Origin: Emiliania huxleyi CCMP1516
Taxonomy: Eukaryota
NCBI RefSeq assembly: GCF_000372725.1
Contig: NW_005201392.1
Location: forward strand, 128,521-192,520
Direction: 5' to 3'
DNA: 64,000 nucleotides
How positions within the stretch are numbered: position 1 is the stretch's first letter; each line of letters opens with the position of its first letter. This document shows, piece by piece, positions 57,309-64,000 of the stretch. Made by a program: the position numbers and the translations under genes. The notes beneath the pieces were generated by a model. It was not told where the DNA came from. It searched no databases and saw nothing but the letters and a program-made list of their open reading frames with translations.

Positions 57309-59016
57309 TGTGGCTGTGCTGCCCTCACACGGTAAACAGCTACCATACCCACCCCTTGTCCCGAATCCAGCCTGGTGCATATGTGTGTATGTACACACAT
57401 ATGGCGAAGCCAGGACAGGGAACGACGCCGTCGTGGCGATGCGGGCCGCGCTGAACGGCCGCGGCAACGCCAAGGTGGTGCGGCTCGGATGCTCGCCCTC
57501 GTGTCGAGAGGGGAGGCTGTGCCACGGACGGGGCGCGAGAGCTCATCGGCGTACGAGACGAGCGGCGTAGAGAGGGGCAGCGACGAGGAGACGCCCCAAA
57601 GCCACGCAAGCCGAGGGCAGACAAGGGGGTGCCGAGAGGCCCGCGAGCCCTCAAAGGCACAAAGGCATACCAGATCGGGCATCTCAGCCTACTGCGGTTT
57701 CGGCACGGGCGCGAGAGGCAAGTGTCACAGCGGACCCTCGACGCGGTGCGCGAGGCGCAGGGAGCCGGGGTCGAGCCGTGGAACACGGCAGAGCACGACA
57801 AGGCAGTCCACGGCCCAACGCCCGAAGGCGGGACGACGAACCCGATGGAGAGCGAACCGCCAGTGAGTGAGACGTACGAAGACGAGGGAGACGACGAGAG
57901 AGACGAGAACGCCCCGGCGGACGACGAGATGGCCTTTATCGACGATGAGTTCTTCGCGCTCCCCGACGTAGCAACGGAGGAAGAGGCGGAGGGCGGGGGG
58001 AGCCAGAGTCAGTACAGCCAGCAGAGTCAGGGGGGCGAGAGCGAGGGGAGCCAGAGCAGCCAGGGCAGCCGACGCACACCCAGACGAGCCAAATGGAACC
58101 GAATCGCGACAGAACGATTTCTAGACCGACTTCGCTTCGAACTCCTACAAGGAGGCGGCGGCGGGGACGGATACAGACACCCCGAAGACAGCACCGACGG
58201 CGACGAAGATGGAGGGAGGAGCGAGGCCGAAGAGATGCCCGACCGCACAACAGAGCCAGGACCAAGCGAGCGGCCATCCGAGGAGGGCCCTCCGAACGAC
58301 GCCAGCCAAACAGATGACGACTTTACAGTTATGGACGTAGATGAAGAACAAGCAGAGGGCGACAGGGCGAGGCATCACAGCCGCCGAGGAAGCGGGGGCG
58401 ATTTGAGAATGAACGTAGCGACTCGATGAATCAGGGAGAGGGAGCGAGCCAACAGCACTCAGAGGACGGGGGGCCGGTGACGTACGGGGAGGAGCGCGCA
58501 CGCACTGCAGGGGACGAAAGGCACGAAGGCGCCTTCCCACCGGGGTGGGTGCGAGGAGGCGAGATGCGGGGGGCACAGCTTGGACGGCAGGCGCGCAAGA
58601 GACAGAAAGCCAGGGACCAAAGAGGAGTCAAGTAGGGGGGGTGGCTCGTAACTGAGGTTCGCCTTCAGGGACAGCCGCCTCCCCATGTGGTGATTGTTGT
58701 TCATAACGATATCCCTACAACCACGATCGATGCGAGGACGCAAGTCCACACCAAACTCGGCCATTCCAACGGCCAGACCGCTCGCTTAAGGCTGATTGGC
58801 TAGACGAGCGGTCTACCTCCGACGGGGCTGTTGCAATAACAGAGGAGGCCTAAGCCGAACCCGCCGGGCCGCCGCCGCCTCCCCTGTCAATCCCCCGCAC
58901 CACCGCCGCCACCGCCTCGCGCGTTTAGCGGGGGGTCAAAACTTTAAAGGAATACCTAAAAAAGAAACGCAAAGTCGAAGTGCTTTATTACCAAACGCAA
59001 AAGCGAGCGACTAGAG

Positions 59017-59935
59017 CTCAAGGCCCGGACGGAAGCTCTGGCCTCTGCAGACAGCCAGACCGCTCTGCGCGGTCGGACCGACTTTTTCAGACTTAACTAT
59101 TCTGGATACTGAGGGTATGTGCTGCTAGATCTCACTGAGCTGAGCTCGTATCTGCCTTTGGTAAGCAGTTTTGAGTTCGGTAATGTCTGCGGTAAGCTGT
59201 TTCCGTGTACAGAGGGCCGCGTCCGGACGACCATGACGTCGGCCGGGACCCCCCCGGTGGCGGGGCATTCGAGATGACTTGTCAGCGCTCCTCGTCTGGG
59301 CTTGGCATCACACCTCTCCCATCCACGCACGTGTACGTGTAGCTGAAGCAAGTACTCGTGAAAAAGGCGCGTCAAATGCAGCATCTAAAGAAGACGACAT
59401 GAATTCACAGAGAATGTTCACTGTTCAGAAGTCTTTGCGCGGTGTGTGTGTGAGCAGCCATTCCGCGTGGTTGAAGGTTGAAGGGGTCTGTCAACCACTT
59501 GGTTGATGGTTGAGACCTCTGTCAACCCGCTGGTTGACAGTTGAGGCAATCGGCCTCAACCACCGCTCTGAGTAGATTGTAGAGATTTCACGTTGTAGAG
59601 CGCCTCTACATCGCTCTACAACGCACGCAGTTCGTCACGCGGCGGATGTAGCTCTACAGCTCTACAGCGCTCTACAGCGCTCTCCAGCGCTCTACACCTC
59701 TACAGCTCTACAGCGCTCTACACTCTACATCCTCTACACCCTCCCTCGAAAGGGCGACGGACGCTTGCGTCCTAGCCTCCAACAACGCCTCCCCGGCGCA
59801 GAGGGGCCCCCGGAGGGATGCACAACCGACCCACGCCACGCCGCTTGCGGCGGTCCTCTTCCCAGCTCCGCTGGGCCCGTGCACTTGGAGCACTTGGAGT
59901 GCAGTCGGTAACCGCACATCCAGGGCCGGGGAGCT
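59017..59935 (-). repeat. Composite repeat cluster: inverted family C (59017-59570), (ctctaca)n element end (59575-59745), inverted A (59749-59882), inverted B 3' end (59881-59935)
   Basis: Direct comparison with the other copies in the window. Confidence 0.85.
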
Positions 59936-60002
59936 TCCCCCTGCGTTATTTATTTATCAACGAGGCGCGACCCCGGCGAGCGAGCCAGCCTGCTAGTTGA
60001 AT

Positions 60003-61515
60003 ATGCTCAGCGCTCCCGTCGCGCTGCGAGGCGCCGTGCGGCGGGTCACGGTCGACCGCGCGGGCTCTGTACTTGCCTCCGAGTTTGAGGGTGGCTCCGT
60101 GGAGCTGCACGCTCTGAACGGTTCTCACCGCTGGCACCGGCCGGGCGCCGAAGGCGCAGCCTTCTTGCGGACGGCAGAGCTGGAGGTTGACTACTGCGCG
60201 CTCCTGCTGTGGCAGAGCGCTGAACCGGTCGTCGCCTTGTTTGCCACCGGCGCGTGGCTTGAGGGGCCGAGCACTCGGCCGCCGACCGAGGTCGCCCGCC
60301 TGCCAGCGCTGAGCGGCGGCGGCGGTCACTGGACCACCGCGGCGCGCGGCGATCATCTGCTCTGCGCGGCGGCCGGAAGCGTGGCGGTGATGCAGGTCCG
60401 ACCGGCGGCATGCGAGGGAGGCGTGTCGCTCTGCCACCTGTACACCGTGAGCGGCGCGCCCGCGCTGCCGTTTGCCCTGCTCGGCGTAGCTGACGCGGCG
60501 GGCCGGTTGAGTTCGCTCGTGGTCGGCGGCGGCTCCGAGCGCGCGGTGGCAGTCGGCAGCCTGGAGGACGGCGCCGATGTCGAGTGGAGCACCCTTCCCC
60601 TCCCTGGGCCTGACAGAGCGGCAGAGAGGGGCGCCGCGGTGGAGGATGCGGAGGGGTCGCCCGGTCCCGCCTCCCGTGCGGCCTCGGGCACCGCCTCGGG
60701 CGCCGCCTCCGAGCCGCCTTCGGGGCCCGCCTCGGGCCGCGCCACTCCCCCCCAGCCGCGGCGCGGGCGGCGCCGAGCCGCCGAGGCTGTGGGGCCGGCC
60801 CCGGACGCCATCTCGACCCTCTTCCAGGTCGGGCCGCCCGCCGAGGGCGGCGGCTCTCTCGTCGGTGCCTTGGACGGCGGTGGCCGGGCGTGGCTCATCG
60901 GGCTACGCCGTGGCGGCAGCGGCGGCGGCGGCGGCGGCCCTGTGCACTTGCTCGCTCGGCTCGATGTTGGGTCGTCCCTGGTCGCGGCAGTGGCGTGGAG
61001 CAGCCCGCACTACTACCCGGGCGGCAAGGGGGAGAGGCGCGGCGGGGCTGCCGACGCGGGGACATGCCGACTACTCCTCGGCCTCGACACCAAGCAGACG
61101 TTGCGGCTGCACGACGTGTGCCCTCCTCCCCTCTCCTCTCTCCCCTCCGCCCGCTCCCCCTCCGCCCCCGTCTCGCCGCCCCCTTGCCTCAACCCAAGCC
61201 GTCTCTCACCAACCGGGGACCGCTGTGTAGGTTGGACCTGCGAGCTTGCAGCTCTTGCGGCAGCTCGGCAAGGCCGGCGACGCCTCGCCGTCGCCAGGCG
61301 CAGTCGACGCCGAGGCCGCGGCCACCGCCTCAGCCACCGCCTTGCCACCCGCCGTTGCCCAGGCGCTGCTGCCATGTGCGCCTCACTCGCTCGCGCTCCT
61401 CCCGCCGACTGAGCTCGGCTTCGGCCCTTGCGTCGCACTCGCCGACGAGGCGGGCGTACGCTTCCTTCAGTTGCCGATGCCGGGAGGCGGAGGCGAGGGC
61501 GAGCCGCGCCCGTGA
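60003..61515 (+). CDS. Hypothetical protein, probably WD40-like beta-propeller
   Basis: Exons 60003-61115 and 61231-61515 join in phase 0. Blade-like segments VRRVTVDRAGSVLASEFEGGSVELH, LVGALDGGGRAWL, VAAVAWS, VALADEAGVRFLQL. Confidence 0.5.
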
Positions 61516-61765
61516 GCAGGCCGGGCGATGCTCGTGTGAAGCGGCGCGGACCCACACCGTCCCAACCATTGCGACACAGCCAGAGCGATTAACGGTACGC
61601 ATACAAGATTTTAACGAGAGGACCAAAACGACTCAAAGACAAAGTCAAAAACTCCTCGGAAGATAGGGAGAAATCACGCTCGTGAAATCAAGCGAGATTT
61701 AGAGCCTGTCTAACGTTGGGAGCTGAACAAGTGTTGCTAGTTTTGTATGTGTTCACAGCTGAGCC

Positions 61766-61916
61766 CTGGTGTCGAGGACGAGGTGTCGAGGCCCGGTGTC
61801 GAGGGTGTCGAGTTGCTGTCGAGGGATAGAGGTGTCGAGGCCTGTCGAGGCCTGTCGAGGCCTGTCGAGGCTGAGACCATGCTTGCCAGTGTCGCGGGCG
61901 GTGTCGAGGGGTGTCG
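61766..61916. repeat. (tgtcgagg)n subterminal-type array; partial copy at ~56253-56318
   Basis: Shared ggctgagaccatgcttgccagtgtcg segment plus repeated tgtcgag. Confidence 0.75.
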
Positions 61917-64000
61917 GACTAGTTGCAAAAGTCTGTGCGGTTCTCACAAAAAACTGCGAAAAATGCCGTCACGGCCAGCTCGGCACGATCAAAGAGATAT
62001 GAGCTGTGCAGAGATTCGCTGCCGTCCCTTTTTTGATCGAAGAAACTCGAACGGAGGCGCCTGCCCGCATCTTTGATTTGCTGTGTGAGTGTTGAGGTGA
62101 TGCGAGCGCGCGTGCGCGCGGCGCGGGTGCGGTTTTGGTTCTCTTTTATACCAGTGATGAAATGTAAACCGACTTTACCACGCGCGCGCACGCGCACGCC
62201 GCGCTCCTCGACTCTCTCGCACCCGCCCCGAGCCACGCCCCTCACGAGATAGGCGGCTGCGACCCTGAGAGTGCGCAACGGTGCCGCTGGCGTGCTCACC
62301 ACACCCATCCATCATGCCTGTATCATTCCTGCACGCACTGCCCGGTCTGGTCGGGGCGTGGGGCGAGATCTGGCATGGCGGCGCGCTTGAACTCAGCGCC
62401 TTCGATCGTCTCGCGGCAACTGCTCGCAGGCCGGGCGGCCAGAAACTGTGCCGCTCAGCCATCCGCCGAAGCGAGCGCGCCGGCGTCCGCCGCCGGCGCG
62501 CTCGGCTCAGTGTCTTCAAACCCGCCGGTGGGGAGCTCCGCTTGCGGGCAACGATTGACATGCGGGCAGCCTCGCTGTCCGTGAATCAAGCACTCTTCAC
62601 GGACGATTTGATTGTGGAAATACCCAATCTCTGCACCACTTATATTTGCCACTTTCCGCACAAACATGGCACCCGACCAGCTGAAGCTCTAGACTCGTCG
62701 ACCGAGCTCTGGACGATGCCGACCTCAAACCACCAGCGCCAGCAACGACGTGCCGCGGCTCGCCGCGCCGCTGTTGCGACCGACGACGTGCCCGACGCCG
62801 TCCCGCGGCCGAAAGGAAGAGGCCCGCGCAACCACTTCTGGGACCCGCGGCCGCCGGGCGTGCGGCGGCACAACGAGTCGAACGAACCGAACCAGCGCAG
62901 AGCGGCGCGTCTCGCGAGCGCCCGCGGCCGCCACGCCGACGCCGTCCGCGGCCGACGGTGGTCGCGAATCAACGCGGCGCGGTGCAACGAGGCCAAGTCC
63001 TTCCAGGCTCCCGCCAGCAGCGCCTCGTGGCGTGGGCTGCACGGCCCTTCGAGACGGCCCGGGGGGCGGTGAGAGACCTCTCCCGCCGGCATGGCGCACT
63101 ATATCACCCGTAGAGGCCTCTCTATAGTCGCCTTTTGGCACCTCCTCTATCCACGCCGCCGATTAGACCTCGCCGCATCGCATCGCCCCCTTCCCTGCCC
63201 CGTCGCCCTCCTGAGCTCTCCCTCCTTCGCTCCAGCCATGCACAGGACGGCTGGACCATTGGCCCGCGTGCCAGGCGTCCGGGACGGCCGGGTATCGGCT
63301 CCGTACTTTGAGCCCTCTTGGGCCACCCTCGCGTCCACCGGCCGGCAGAGCACCGCTTGGGCGACTCAGACGGCCCGCCCGACCAGCGCGTTCGATCGTG
63401 CCGCCCCCACAGCGTCAGTGGCGTGCGTGGGGTGGCAGGCGGCGTCAGCGCAGCCCCTCGTGGGGGTGCCCACCGCTCTCCTCTCACCGCTCCCCCCCGC
63501 CCGTGGCACCCCACACACTCGTCCCTCCTCAGGGGCGCAAGGCGGCACGGCACGTTCAGCGCTTGCCTTGGCCCACCTCGCCTTCACGCCCGCCACCGCG
63601 ACCAAGGAGGTGGCCTCGGCGGCCCAGATGAAGCCCGTGCGGCTCGTTTGGGAGCCGCATGCCGTCCCTCTCTCGCCGGCGCTGCTCACCACGCCCAAGC
63701 CTACGCCGAGGAACCCGTCGCGCCCGTCGCTCACGAGCTGGTGGCTCGCATCGACCGAGCCGTCCAGCTTTCTCACGCCCTGCCCACAATCAAATTCGAG
63801 ACGACCAACATCCGACCACAAAAAAGGCCCGCGCGTGCTGCGCGGGCCGGCGAGCGACTAGCGAGCCAACCTGCTAGTCTACTCAAAAAAAGTGACGTAG
63901 AGCACCCACTTTTTAAGCGTTCCGCGCACACACAAGGTCCGCCTGCGTGCGCCGCCAGCTTCCCAGGGCCATCGCGCGAAAAACGACGGAGGAGATGCAT

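Noticed and set aside
57629..58635. Acidic 266-aa ORF as a host gene
   Set aside because: Low complexity, atypical A-rich codon use and no domain; possibly element-derived but unsupported.

Overview
Eukaryotic, very GC-rich, intron-rich draft-genome window. The GC-AG donors, 10-11 nt intronic minisatellites and gene content suggest a haptophyte such as Emiliania/Gephyrocapsa huxleyi (inference). Hand-splicing gives: a SERINC gene (5' part), a large membrane receptor (CUB-like, beta-helix, Cys-rich repeats, multi-TM, two TIR-like domains), a SUMO-like ORF, a RAD5-type SNF2 helicase, two OPR-repeat genes (one intact with a RAP domain, one chimeric) flanking an APOBEC-like deaminase, a chimeric bestrophin, a ~1739-aa FSH1 hydrolase/ATP-grasp/ARM/SDR fusion, a thioredoxin fusion and a probable beta-propeller gene. 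Between the genes lie non-autonomous TIR transposons with target-site duplications, a hAT-like transposase remnant and several dispersed repeat families. Highlights are (1) many introns whose 5' ends copy the start of the next exon, (2) an OPR-RAP/APOBEC cluster with code-like repeat variation, (3) the multi-TM TIR receptor with exon-cassette expansion and (4) the multi-enzyme fusion. All exon models are manual and lack transcript support. An N gap and low-quality patches (about 5000-5322, 14660-14800, 24010-24150) mean some chimeras could be assembly artefacts.
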